In this document: in pieces, positions 48,747 to 57,791 of the stretch
Numbering within the stretch: the first letter of the stretch is position 1
Layout of the letters: each line of letters opens with the position of its first letter
DNA from: Deltaproteobacteria bacterium
GTDB lineage: Bacteria > Desulfobacterota > Desulfomonilia > UBA1062
DNA length: 64,000 nucleotides
Direction: 5' to 3'
Assembly (NCBI GenBank): GCA_018436855.1
Contig: JAHDKO010000016.1
Coordinates: 7,286 to 71,285, forward strand
The notes under the pieces: generated by a model
Told to the model about the DNA's origin: nothing
The model's database searches: none
The model's input: only the letters and a program-made list of their open reading frames with translations
Translations under genes and position numbers: made by a program

Positions 48747-49572
48747 TATAATTAAATATTGCAAACCCCTGTCTGATTTTCGTAAAAAGACGGGCTACGG
48801 TACTTTTCCTGATCCGGGATTCTTTGAAAAAAGTGATTCCCCGGCGAACCAATTATTCCGGTTTTGCATGTACCTTGAACTGGTTATGTACGAAGTGGAA
48901 GACGGTGTTATCACTCTTGATACCGCTCGTAAAAAGCTAGATGCAATCAACAACATACTGCGATTTTCAGCTCAGTCTCAATTTTTGATTGATCCTATTG
49001 CTTACTGCTTATCAGACACTAAATGCGATCAGAGCAACACCGCTGCAGCTTCCGAAGCGTTTGCAGAATGGCTCATAGAATCGGATCTTCCCGATTATGA
49101 ATGCGCCAATATGGGTAAACTTCTTTATTTACAAACTTGTTATGGCTTGCGGACGATAGATTGCTGCTCAATGGAATTTTCGGAAGACGATCTGGAAGCT
49201 GACACCCTTTCTCTTGTTAATCGTAAAATTTTGCCGCGAAAGCAAATACTGGCAAACCTGAACGCGATGTATGCAATATTATTCACGTTTATTCTCGATG
49301 AAGAGTTGCCATTTGTTTTTCACGGTGAGCGTCATTTTTACGCGCACAATCTGTATTACGAAATGTGGCGCAAGGAGTCGGGTGTTGGCCTTGATTGTCC
49401 TGTTGTTCTCGATCTCACTCCGAAAGATTGGCTGTCATACGCGAGTGAAACTGCTGTCATGGAGACAGACGAAGTGCTCAAGATAGATAAAAGAATACGC
49501 CACGACCTTCAGCTCTCTCTTCACATAAAGAATGCCTCGTGCGTTGCAAATTATCTTGGAAATTCGGCATAA
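48700..49572 (+). CDS. hypothetical protein (290 aa)
   Basis: ATG 48700 preceded by GAAGGAGG. Confidence 0.45.
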   Translation: MATLSTPSPENTKLSDIIKYCKPLSDFRKKTGYGTFPDPGFFEKSDSPANQLFRFCMYLELVMYEVEDGVITLDTARKKLDAINNILRFSAQSQFLIDPIAYCLSDTKCDQSNTAAASEAFAEWLIESDLPDYECANMGKLLYLQTCYGLRTIDCCSMEFSEDDLEADTLSLVNRKILPRKQILANLNAMYAILFTFILDEELPFVFHGERHFYAHNLYYEMWRKESGVGLDCPVVLDLTPKDWLSYASETAVMETDEVLKIDKRIRHDLQLSLHIKNASCVANYLGNSA

Positions 49573-49758
49573 ACAGATGATATTTATGGTGTTTTACTTA
49601 ACAAATCCATCCATCTATGATATAGTGATAACATAGATAGGGAGTTGATCGTGATAACTTTAGAAGAGGCGATTTTACTTGCTCTCAAGGCGCATGATGG
49701 GCAGATCGACGAAGCGAGAAATCTCTTTGTGAAAATCTATCAAGTCCTGTTGGATACA

Positions 49759-50130
49759 TCACACAACCCCTTCCATCTCTTCGGCGGCAATCCATTTCCC
49801 GTTCTCGTCCCGCACCTCGACCTTGATATTTTCGGGATTCATGCTCTCATCCACGAGCTGTTGAATACTCTTTCCCTTTCGCAACTCGTGGACTTTACGA
49901 GCATGCCAAACCTTGAACTTGGCCGACTGAACCAGCCGCTGCAGGGCGAGTTTCCTGTTCGCATGTTGACTCCGTTCCGACCGGGATTCTCCCACGGCCC
50001 CGGATTCCCGATGCACGATCCTCACCCCGGACTCGGTTTTGTTCTGATGTTGACCGCCAGGACCACCAGATCGAAACACCTGGATATCGAGATCCTTCCT
50101 GGTAATACTGAATAAAAACTCCTTACCCAT
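49759..50130 (-). CDS. GGQ-motif peptidyl-tRNA hydrolase / release-factor (RF-1) domain protein (ArfB or RF-H-like)
   Basis: [66 protein letters not shown] is the class-I RF catalytic domain with the universal GGQ. The antisense ORF 49645..50115 was rejected. Confidence 0.65.
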   Translation of the reverse strand: MGKEFLFSITRKDLDIQVFRSGGPGGQHQNKTESGVRIVHRESGAVGESRSERSQHANRKLALQRLVQSAKFKVWHARKVHELRKGKSIQQLVDESMNPENIKVEVRDENGKWIAAEEMEGVV

Positions 50131-50191
50131 AATAGTCACCCTTCTTGAAAAACTTATCAGAATTAAGACCACATTCCATGAGAGTATCGTG

Positions 50192-50650
50192 TCAACACTC
50201 AGTCTTTCCGTAATATTTTTCATATTTATTATGTAATTCAACATCAAGTTTTTTATTTTGCACTGTTTCAGCCTTGTTGTACAACATATTGATTGCTCGT
50301 TTATAAGAATATTCATCACCCCATGATTTTATCAGTTTATCATGAGATCTCAGCACCATAATTTTAAGAAATGCACTATTCGAATAATGATCCCGGACAA
50401 ACTCTCCGAAATTTGCGAGATACCGAGTTTTCTCTAGTCTGTTTATCTTTACTTTCCGGGTCAGCGAAATCATTAAACAGACTCCAGCCATGATTACTGC
50501 CGCTACAATAGCGTATCCTGAAAATTCTAATATACACACAAATAAGGCAATAAAAACACAGATCAAACTTAAAAAAAATAACGAATCCAACATCTCGAAA
50601 AAATCCCGTGTTTTTTTCAATTCTATCATCTGATCATTACTTAGTTTCAT
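50192..50650 (-). CDS. membrane protein, hypothetical
   Basis: 152 aa with two TM helices near the N-terminus. Confidence 0.45.
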   Translation of the reverse strand: MKLSNDQMIELKKTRDFFEMLDSLFFLSLICVFIALFVCILEFSGYAIVAAVIMAGVCLMISLTRKVKINRLEKTRYLANFGEFVRDHYSNSAFLKIMVLRSHDKLIKSWGDEYSYKRAINMLYNKAETVQNKKLDVELHNKYEKYYGKTEC

Positions 50651-50688
50651 TATTATTACCTCCTGATAAATTTTGAGAAAACCATAGA

Positions 50689-50955
50689 TTATACCCTGTA
50701 TGTTTTCTGAGCCATTTTTCCCTCATCCAGTTCTTTGCATATCTCTCTTGCTTTTGCGAAAACATCCTCTGGCTTATTTGTGTATCCCTTTATTCGGCAC
50801 TTGACTTCGGATTTCCTGATTCCCTGTCCATTTAGTTTTGGAAGCCATTGAAACACCCCGACTGAGAACGTGGCACTTCTGAGTGAGTGAGGATTCCCAG
50901 GAGCCCATTCGCCGTAAAAATCGTGTTTCCATACTACTTTGTTTTCTAACATCAT
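50689..50955 (-). CDS. hypothetical protein (~88 aa)
   Basis: Start MMLENK. The long ORF would overlap the upstream gene end. Confidence 0.35.
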   Translation of the reverse strand: MMLENKVVWKHDFYGEWAPGNPHSLRSATFSVGVFQWLPKLNGQGIRKSEVKCRIKGYTNKPEDVFAKAREICKELDEGKMAQKTYRV

Positions 50956-50966
50956 AAACCCCCTTA

Positions 50967-51899
50967 TCACTTCCCGATCAACAAAGTTCCCAGAAAAGCC
51001 AGCCATCCAAGAACAGTAATCCAGATCAGTTTCCAGGATGTCTTCGTGATCCTCACGATCTCGACGTTACCCGTGTCCAGGTCCTCGACCTTCTGAGCGA
51101 GAAAATGCCCCAAAGCCGTTGGAGTAGTAAAACTCTTGTCGGACAACATCTGCGCCAGGGTTACATCGCTGGCATGTCCGAGAGCAGTTATTACCGGAGT
51201 TTTCATCGCCAACATCTGACGGGCAATTGCCGGATCATCGAATACTTCCAGATTGCTTCCCCCTCCCCTGACCAGGGCAATCAGATCGCATTTGCCGTCA
51301 GCCCGTGAGAGTACAGACACCACAGCGCGAGGATCAGAGAAATCCGTCCTGGTTTCCGTAATCGCGTATCGCTCAACAGCGTTACCAAGTGCGCTCATTA
51401 CGTCCTTATCCACGATCCCGCTTTTTCCGTAGATCATGTTGATCCTGGGCTTTTTCCCTTCTGCGATCATACCGATCAATACACCGCCAGCGTCCTTTTT
51501 CCCGATCCTGACTTTTCGCTCCAAAAGCTCGGCCCTCTCGATGATCCGAGTATCCACCTGACTGCCAGCGGCATCAACCTGGGTAGGAACGAAACTCACC
51601 TGAATGCCGGCAGCTCCCGAAGCCCTCACCATCTCCAGAACTCCCCGAAAGCTGTATGCATATCCCGGCTGCAGTTTCACCCGAATCAGTGCAGGCATCT
51701 TGAGCTTGAGCATTTCCCTGGTTTCCTGATCTACAAGTGAATCATAAAAGAAACCTCGGTAGGATTTGCCGTTACCGTGCTCGTACACTCCCCGAACGAA
51801 CCAGACAGTACCCGTGACAACCCTGGTTGCTTCACTCAGGATTATACGGCTCAATTCTCCCGGCGTGATGATCTTCGGTTCGTTCTTTTTCGCAGCCAT
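50967..51899 (-). CDS. Exonuclease VII large subunit (XseA)-like protein, truncated, with C-terminal TM anchor
   Basis: N-terminal OB-fold region (ITPGELSRIILSEATRVVTGTVWFVRGVYEHGNGKSYRGFFYDSLVDQE) and a core IALVRGGGSNLEVFDDPAIARQMLAMKTPVITALGHASDVTLAQ that matches the XseA RGGGS...GHExD region. C-terminal WKLIWITVLGWLAFLGTLLIG is hydrophobic. Confidence 0.6.
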   Translation of the reverse strand: MAAKKNEPKIITPGELSRIILSEATRVVTGTVWFVRGVYEHGNGKSYRGFFYDSLVDQETREMLKLKMPALIRVKLQPGYAYSFRGVLEMVRASGAAGIQVSFVPTQVDAAGSQVDTRIIERAELLERKVRIGKKDAGGVLIGMIAEGKKPRINMIYGKSGIVDKDVMSALGNAVERYAITETRTDFSDPRAVVSVLSRADGKCDLIALVRGGGSNLEVFDDPAIARQMLAMKTPVITALGHASDVTLAQMLSDKSFTTPTALGHFLAQKVEDLDTGNVEIVRITKTSWKLIWITVLGWLAFLGTLLIGK

Positions 51900-51925
51900 G
51901 CGCCCTCCTTTTTTTTCAACTCGCG

Positions 51926-52261
51926 TTATTCGATAACCACGAGTGCTCCCTGCTCTTCCAGCTTTTTCTTGGCGAGAAAAGCATTCTCGGAATCGACCAA
52001 TTCCAGAATCTTTGACGGTGTATTTTCGGAAAGATCCTTTGCCTCCTTGAGCCCGAGATTCGTTACCTCGCGAATCATCTTGATAACACAGATCTTAGCC
52101 TTTCCGGCATCCATCAACACAACATTCACCAGTTTTTTCCCGAACAGACGCACGATGACTCCAGGCTTTTCCGCTGCCAGCTTGTAAAACATTTCCTTGA
52201 ATTCCCCATCCTTAATGTTGCCCAGAATCTCGATTGCCTCTGCGTAATAGTTTCTGCCCAT
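51926..52261 (-). CDS. Ribosomal protein bL12 (L7/L12)-like protein
   Basis: C-terminal [59 protein letters not shown] matches the L7/L12 CTD ([27 protein letters not shown]...AEALKKALEEAGAEVEVK). AAGGAG RBS. Confidence 0.7.
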   Translation of the reverse strand: [111 protein letters not shown]

Positions 52262-52279
52262 GATTTCAATCTCCTTTCT

Positions 52280-52525
52280 TTAGCCTATCCAAATTCCGCG
52301 TTTTCTTGCGAAATCGTACAACTCATCGATAAAAGAGTTTGTAACGGCAACAGGATCACAGTCTCTATTTGCCATGATCTTGTATTTTCGAGTGTTAAAG
52401 TCCAGAAAATGAACATTAGCATCGAGTATGTCGGCAATTTGATGCATAAGTGATTGAATATTATTCAAATTCTCCTGTTTGGTCAGTAAATGATACACCT
52501 TAACTCTATGTTTCCAGCTCTTCAT
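52280..52525 (-). CDS. hypothetical protein (81 aa), first gene of the operon
   Basis: AGGAG RBS. Preceded by a family-B promoter. Confidence 0.4.
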   Translation of the reverse strand: MKSWKHRVKVYHLLTKQENLNNIQSLMHQIADILDANVHFLDFNTRKYKIMANRDCDPVAVTNSFIDELYDFARKRGIWIG

Positions 52526-52539
52526 TGTTTAACTCCTTC

Positions 52540-52580
52540 TATCTCTATAACATACATTAAGTATAATGTCAAGCATAAAT
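52540..52580 (-). promoter_or_regulatory. Sigma70-type promoter (family B): TTGACA-N17-TATAGA
   Basis: Minus strand tattatttatgcTTGACAttatacttaatgtatgtTATAGA. Confidence 0.45.
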
Positions 52581-52677
52581 AATACTATTTGTGATATTTT
52601 ATAATATCAAACTGGTTTGTTATTGTATTAGTAAAATTATAATTGACTTTTTTTATTTATTGTGATATGAGTCGCCC

Positions 52678-53694
52678 ATGATGATAAAAATGGCAAATGT
52701 CAACGACCTGATATTCGACCCCAATACGTACCTGAAAAAATATAACCAAACCGTGTTGGACAAGGCCATGTCATGCATCAGCTCGGGTATCCCCTGCCCT
52801 CCTGTTGATATAGATGCAAATATGCGTATCATAGGCGGTCACAAACAGTGGATTGCGTCAGTAAGAGCCCGGAAGAAAACTGTTCCGGTGCGTGTGCATA
52901 ATCTTATCAGGTCCGACACAGACGCACTCATGTTTGCCTGTAAGCAGTTATCGGACACGCTTACTAGCGACGAGCGCAATACTGCAATCGCGCTTACGCT
53001 CAATTCAATCGATGATCCGGCTCAACAGCCGATCATAAAAAACACCTTATCTGAAATCCTTAGAGTGTCGCTGCTCGATATAAACAAGGCAAAAATTGAA
53101 TACAACATGGACAGCAATGAAAATGAGAATTCCGCTATCGTGTCTCTGTACTTGAACAGTCACACAGTAGCTCAGATATCACGAAAGCTGTCTATATCCA
53201 AATACTTCGTTATCAAAACATTGACCGAAGAAGGGTTATATACATCTCAATACAAAATGCCCGATCTTGAACAGGCCGATATTGACGATTTCATAGGCAA
53301 CTCCCTTGATGATGCCATTTCCCGCAAAGACGATGAAATGGACATGCTGCTCGAAATGATGGAGGGAACCTGCGCGTCTTTGACGGAAGAGTTTAATCGT
53401 TACGGTATGACTCTCGACAATTTTAAGGAAAACGTCCGATCAACACGATCCCAGGCTGACAAGGCAACAAATTCGCTCGTTACGCTGCTTGAACGTTTGC
53501 GCTCAACGATCCCTGTCCTGAAAGATCCCAAAATGATAGATGAGTTACTGCTGGAGCTTCAGCCCCTTGTTGCTGTTTCCAAGGAATTTATCAAAATTGT
53601 AGAACAATACAAGGGAGATTTCGGCCAGCCTGATACACCGCTGTCCTTGATGAAGAAACATTACCTGAAGCTGATCGAGGCTGCAGAAAACTAA
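52678..53694 (+). CDS. ParB/Srx-fold N-terminal domain protein
   Basis: VNDLIFDPN...PPVDID...RIIGGHKQWIASVRARKKTVPVRV resembles the ParB N-terminal nuclease-like domain (GERRWRAA box). Confidence 0.5.
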   Translation: MMIKMANVNDLIFDPNTYLKKYNQTVLDKAMSCISSGIPCPPVDIDANMRIIGGHKQWIASVRARKKTVPVRVHNLIRSDTDALMFACKQLSDTLTSDERNTAIALTLNSIDDPAQQPIIKNTLSEILRVSLLDINKAKIEYNMDSNENENSAIVSLYLNSHTVAQISRKLSISKYFVIKTLTEEGLYTSQYKMPDLEQADIDDFIGNSLDDAISRKDDEMDMLLEMMEGTCASLTEEFNRYGMTLDNFKENVRSTRSQADKATNSLVTLLERLRSTIPVLKDPKMIDELLLELQPLVAVSKEFIKIVEQYKGDFGQPDTPLSLMKKHYLKLIEAAEN

Positions 53695-54950
53695 GCATCG
53701 ATGGGTCTGATCACTCCCCCGAACCCCTGGTAATCCCCTCCCCTTATATTCAGGGCAATCCCTATGTTCACATCGATCAGCTTTTCGTCCCAGGTTTTTA
53801 ATTTTCCTGTTATTTCCTCAGTCCACATTTTCTGGGGATTTTCCCGGTACGACAAGGCCCCGCGAACTAATGCATCCGCAAATAATTCCAGAGTATAAAT
53901 GTCAAACATTGATACACGGGCATCGTGAATTAATTGCTCGACACTCCATCCTAATAATTTTGTTGCATATGAAGAGATGTAAGTGAATTCCAGCTTGTCG
54001 TTCACCATCCACACAATACCCTCGATCTGTTCCGTAAAATACTCAATGAATTTAGGATTATAAAGAATACTATTCCCTATGACGGACTTCTCGGCATCAT
54101 TCCAGATCGGTGGATCAATTTTTAAAATTACGTTCCCGCTGCCATCGGAGATAACTCGTGTAGAACACATGCACACCCCTTTTGTCCGGGTAACGTACCG
54201 AATATTTTCAGTGATGATTTTCATCCCCCCGCTGCTTTTGCCGCTCATGTGTTTTTTCAAAAAAGCCACATCATCGGGATGCACGAATTTGGCTATATTA
54301 CGCGCCAACATTTCCCCGTATGCTCGGTAGCCAAAAATATCCTCGATACTGTAGGGCGCATAAAGAATAGTTCCATTCCCGTCAGTGAAGATGTTGTATG
54401 ACGATGTTTGGGTTATGGTTGCCGGGATGGAATTGATTTCCTCATCATGAATGATTTTTAAAAGATCATTGCATATGATTCCAAGCGATATTTTTTCACT
54501 GACCTTAATAATTTCAATTAAATCATTCTGTTTCCACCTTAAATCTTCATCCGACTCAACAACCAGGACACCCAAAAAATCATCAGACCCCAGGTGCGCC
54601 CGTGTGATGAAAACCGATTTGACAAGCAACGAGCGTATTTCCTGATCCACAAGTTTATCCTGATCACCGGAAGAGAACATGTCCAGTGTTCCGGGGAGTA
54701 GTATATCCATCTTGATTGCGCCAATAAATGTTTCCGGGTATTTCGCCGTCCAATCGAATTGAGCATTATCATTATTATCGTACCATATCTCCCCGGATTG
54801 TTTATCCGAATGCATCTGCACAATCGGCCTCATGGTCATTTTATTCAGATCAACAATCTCATAAAAGATCAGCCGCTTCCCAGGAGAATACTTGGACAGA
54901 GCTGTAACGAGAATTAGCCGCGAAACATCTGTAATACTCGACATTTGCAC
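53691..54950 (-). CDS. PAS/GAF-domain sensor protein without recognisable output domain
   Basis: Two PAS-like segments (NIFTDGNGTILYAPYSIEDIFGYRAYGEMLARNIAKFVHPDD and EGIVWMVNDKLEFTYISSYATKLLGWSVEQL). Confidence 0.55.
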   Translation of the reverse strand: MQMSSITDVSRLILVTALSKYSPGKRLIFYEIVDLNKMTMRPIVQMHSDKQSGEIWYDNNDNAQFDWTAKYPETFIGAIKMDILLPGTLDMFSSGDQDKLVDQEIRSLLVKSVFITRAHLGSDDFLGVLVVESDEDLRWKQNDLIEIIKVSEKISLGIICNDLLKIIHDEEINSIPATITQTSSYNIFTDGNGTILYAPYSIEDIFGYRAYGEMLARNIAKFVHPDDVAFLKKHMSGKSSGGMKIITENIRYVTRTKGVCMCSTRVISDGSGNVILKIDPPIWNDAEKSVIGNSILYNPKFIEYFTEQIEGIVWMVNDKLEFTYISSYATKLLGWSVEQLIHDARVSMFDIYTLELFADALVRGALSYRENPQKMWTEEITGKLKTWDEKLIDVNIGIALNIRGGDYQGFGGVIRPIDA

Positions 54951-55048
54951 CCCCTTTTGAAACTAGAAACCATATATTTTTTGTATATGTATAATTTCAC
55001 CAAAAGTCAAATATTATTTTTATAAACAGCCATCATTGTAATTAATAG

Positions 55049-55083
55049 TTGACAATTAGTGTAATTTCTGGTATAGAGACAGC
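55049..55083 (+). promoter_or_regulatory. Sigma70 promoter TTGACA-N17-TATAGA positioned for a leaderless transcript of the XRE gene
   Basis: TTGACA at 55049-54, TATAGA at 55072-77 and ATG at 55084, so the -10 ends 6 nt before the ATG. Confidence 0.45.
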
Positions 55084-55395
55084 ATGAAGCCAAAAGAGTA
55101 TATCAGAAAATACAAAATAAAGCAGAAACAAATGGCGAAAGACCTGGATATAACGCCGGGTTATCTGTCCGGGATCATCAATGGGACGCGAACGCCTTCT
55201 CTCGACCTCGCTTGTCAGATCGAGAAATACTTCAATTATGAGGTATCGCGCCTGGAGTTGTTGTATCCAAATGAAGATTGGAACATTCTCAAGAACCCGA
55301 TTCCTCTTCCTTCACCGTCATCCGCTCCCGCGACAATCATCTCCAGTGACACAAAGAAAAAAGTGCTGGACATCATCAGGGGATCTAAGGATTGA
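55084..55395 (+). CDS. XRE-family HTH transcriptional regulator
   Basis: QKQMAKDLDITPGYLSGIINGTRTPSLDLACQIEKYF is a canonical XRE HTH. Confidence 0.6.
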   Translation: MKPKEYIRKYKIKQKQMAKDLDITPGYLSGIINGTRTPSLDLACQIEKYFNYEVSRLELLYPNEDWNILKNPIPLPSPSSAPATIISSDTKKKVLDIIRGSKD

Positions 55396-55862
55396 AGCCC
55401 CTGCCCCTTCTCCCCATGTTCGCGTTTTGGCTTATATCCTCGGGGTTTTGCTTCGAGCAGGCAGGCAGCTATTATAATATTTCGCCCATCCTGCTCAGTG
55501 CAATATCCTGGGTGGAGAGCAACCATACGCCAGGGGCGATAAACCACAACCGCAACGGGTCCGTTGATTGTGGACACATGCAAGTCAACTCTTTCTGGGC
55601 AGATAAAATCGGCCCGGATTATCAGTATCTAAAAGGCAAAGAACCCGAGCACTCCTGTTATCAAACATATGTCGGGGCATGGATACTGCGTCAATGCATT
55701 GATCGATACGATCAGACATGGGATGCAGTAGCCTGCTATCATGCAGGGCATGGTCTGAACAGACTCAAGGGTGCATCAAAAATACGCGCAGAAAAATATA
55801 TCGGCAAGGTCAAGGAGGCTATCAGAAAAAACAAAATTATCACAACGCTCGTGAAGGAGTAG
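55392..55862 (+). CDS. Lytic transglycosylase (VirB1/P19/F-orf169-like)
   Basis: Signal peptide and an SLT catalytic region LLSAISWVESNHTPGAINHNRNGSVDCGHMQVN. Confidence 0.7.
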   Translation: MKPLPLLPMFAFWLISSGFCFEQAGSYYNISPILLSAISWVESNHTPGAINHNRNGSVDCGHMQVNSFWADKIGPDYQYLKGKEPEHSCYQTYVGAWILRQCIDRYDQTWDAVACYHAGHGLNRLKGASKIRAEKYIGKVKEAIRKNKIITTLVKE

Positions 55863-55865
55863 CAC

Positions 55866-56705
55866 ATGGCTGAAATTGACGGAATTGACAGCGAAGTTCG
55901 GTCATCAACTAGAAGATTATCACTACGGGCTCTCTCAAACATTATGCCCGAAGGCAATGTGAGGGTTGAGTCCGCACAGATTGCCGACCTCGCAATTCTT
56001 GAAGCCGCTGATATTTGTCGCCAGAACCCTGAGAAGAATATTAAGCGGGTAGCCCACCGCCTTGTGCAGCGTTATATCACACAGTTACACTCCGATCCTT
56101 ACCGTTTTCTGTCCCGCGCCACCATAGATTCGGCAGCGTGTATCGAAGACATACTCAAGATTATCGGTCACAAGCCTACACGGAATTTTACCAGCATCAA
56201 TATCACTTTGTATCAGCGAAAGGATCTCAACAGTACACTACGGCACTATCGATACAATGTATCGATTCTTGGCCGGAATATTAAAATCAAATCCTCTCCT
56301 TCGGGCCTTGACATCATGGGTAATTTGCGCTGCTATATCAGACCTGTCGATTTTCCCGGCAACTCAGCGGACGATTACTCGATTAATAATCTCATAGACC
56401 AGCACTCATACAATGAGTGGAGAGACAATCAGAGCGGAAACGAGGCTTCTGAATCTCCTAAAGTCGATCCCGATCTTTTGCTCCATCTTTCGCAATGCAT
56501 CATGTTCCTGAATTCCAACCGCCGTCACTTCCTTATTGAGTCGTTTGGATTATGGGGTTGCGAACAATCTTCCACCTTTGATCTGGCAAAAAAATACGGA
56601 CTGACACCCCGTAATATCAGATACGAAATCGATAAAGCCCTTGCTGAATTGAAAGAGATAATGTCTCGCAACGACGATAAGGCAACCAGTAAGCATAGTC
56701 TGTAA
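55866..56705 (+). CDS. Sigma-70 region-4-like HTH protein (candidate element-specific transcription factor)
   Basis: C-terminal LSQCIMFLNSNRRHFLIESFGLWGCEQSSTFDLAKKYGLTPRNIRYEIDKALAELKE matches the sigma70_r4 pattern (ReR.vl.lrfGL.g.e.tl.Eig..fgvTreRIRQIE.kAL.KL). Confidence 0.5.
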   Translation: MAEIDGIDSEVRSSTRRLSLRALSNIMPEGNVRVESAQIADLAILEAADICRQNPEKNIKRVAHRLVQRYITQLHSDPYRFLSRATIDSAACIEDILKIIGHKPTRNFTSINITLYQRKDLNSTLRHYRYNVSILGRNIKIKSSPSGLDIMGNLRCYIRPVDFPGNSADDYSINNLIDQHSYNEWRDNQSGNEASESPKVDPDLLLHLSQCIMFLNSNRRHFLIESFGLWGCEQSSTFDLAKKYGLTPRNIRYEIDKALAELKEIMSRNDDKATSKHSL

Positions 56706-56747
56706 TTAATTTGATCGCATTGTCGTACAAAGCAAGTGGAGGGTATC

Positions 56748-57035
56748 ATGCATAGCAAATCCGAGAGTGTGGTGGCATTCATCAAGGAGTTGACAGAAAA
56801 GCATCAGATGGAAAAAATTGTCCTTATGTCCCGTATTCAGGAATTAGAAAAAGAAAACCAGCAGCTCCGGGAACAATCCGAACCATCGCTGCTTTTAAAC
56901 AAGGGGGTTATTCCCTTTATCCAGTTCTCGTTCAAATTTATCGAGGATATCATGAATACTCTCGATGATGAATCCCGCGCCAAAATACAGGAGATATTAA
57001 ACAAAGAGGACGAACCGGATCATTCCTCTGTCTGA
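56748..57035 (+). CDS. coiled-coil hypothetical protein
   Basis: GGAGGGTATC RBS. Heptad-like QELEKENQQLREQ. Confidence 0.4.
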   Translation: MHSKSESVVAFIKELTEKHQMEKIVLMSRIQELEKENQQLREQSEPSLLLNKGVIPFIQFSFKFIEDIMNTLDDESRAKIQEILNKEDEPDHSSV

Positions 57036-57721
57036 TTATTTTTTTTGTTTTTTTTGAGAATTAATATTTCGCCCATTTCACGTGCTATTTCCCTGATATG
57101 TTCTTTTTTAACAAATGTATTTGTTTCAACGATACTTTTCACTCCGACAATTCTTTTAATGCATTTGAAATCGCCCCATGGATAATAATATCTCAATAAA
57201 GCGGGAGCCATACTGATTGTGTTCCTGCTGACAAATACCGAGCACGGCCTGAGCACTTTATCGACATAAAACATCATGGAGCTTCCGCAACTATATCCAT
57301 CCCGCGAGTTCCATCGATGTCTCATCATGATTGCTACCCATCCGTTCAAATCCACGTGTATTTCCTGGGCGGTAATGCGTACAACGGTTCCCCGCACGGC
57401 TTCATGGACCTTCTCCCTCCACCGCCTATAATTATAATCGTCCTCGATATACGTCAAACAATCCGGTAATCGCTGTCGCACCGCCTTTGTTACCTCCGCT
57501 GGCAACCTATCAAACTCTATGGGTATATAAGAGTGATTCCTATAAAACCATGCCTTGACAGTACCATTGTTAATTTCCGCATACGCCTCACCCTGGAAAT
57601 GTTCGGAAAGCACTGTTGCCAAAGTAAGTTCCAGACCGTCCTTGACAATTTGAGGGTTGGTGTTTCTCCATTTGCACACATCCGTTATGAATGATTCAAA
57701 TGTAGGTCCTGCGGCTTCCAT
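57020..57721 (-). CDS. hypothetical protein (233 aa)
   Basis: ORF divergent from 57792 with shared element A copies between them. Confidence 0.4.
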   Translation of the reverse strand: MEAAGPTFESFITDVCKWRNTNPQIVKDGLELTLATVLSEHFQGEAYAEINNGTVKAWFYRNHSYIPIEFDRLPAEVTKAVRQRLPDCLTYIEDDYNYRRWREKVHEAVRGTVVRITAQEIHVDLNGWVAIMMRHRWNSRDGYSCGSSMMFYVDKVLRPCSVFVSRNTISMAPALLRYYYPWGDFKCIKRIVGVKSIVETNTFVKKEHIREIAREMGEILILKKNKKNNQTEE

Positions 57722-57733
57722 CGTATTATTTCC

Positions 57734-57790
57734 TTTTTTGTCGTTTTATTTCCCGCACAAAGAATATGTTCTTTGAGGGGGAAATAAATT
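57734..57790. promoter_or_regulatory. Conserved element A, divergent pair (copy 9: one minus-oriented and one partial plus-oriented copy, back to back)
   Basis: ttttttgtcgttttatttcccgcacaaagaatatg followed by ttctttgagggggaaataaattg. Serves divergent genes 57020..57721 and 57792..58067. Confidence 0.5.
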
Positions 57791-57791
57791 G

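Noticed and set aside
49645-50115. Plus-strand 156-aa ORF
   Set aside because: It is antisense to the minus-strand gene that encodes an unmistakable GGQ release-factor domain. It has no motifs and a Pro/His/Leu-rich composition typical of reverse-frame translation.
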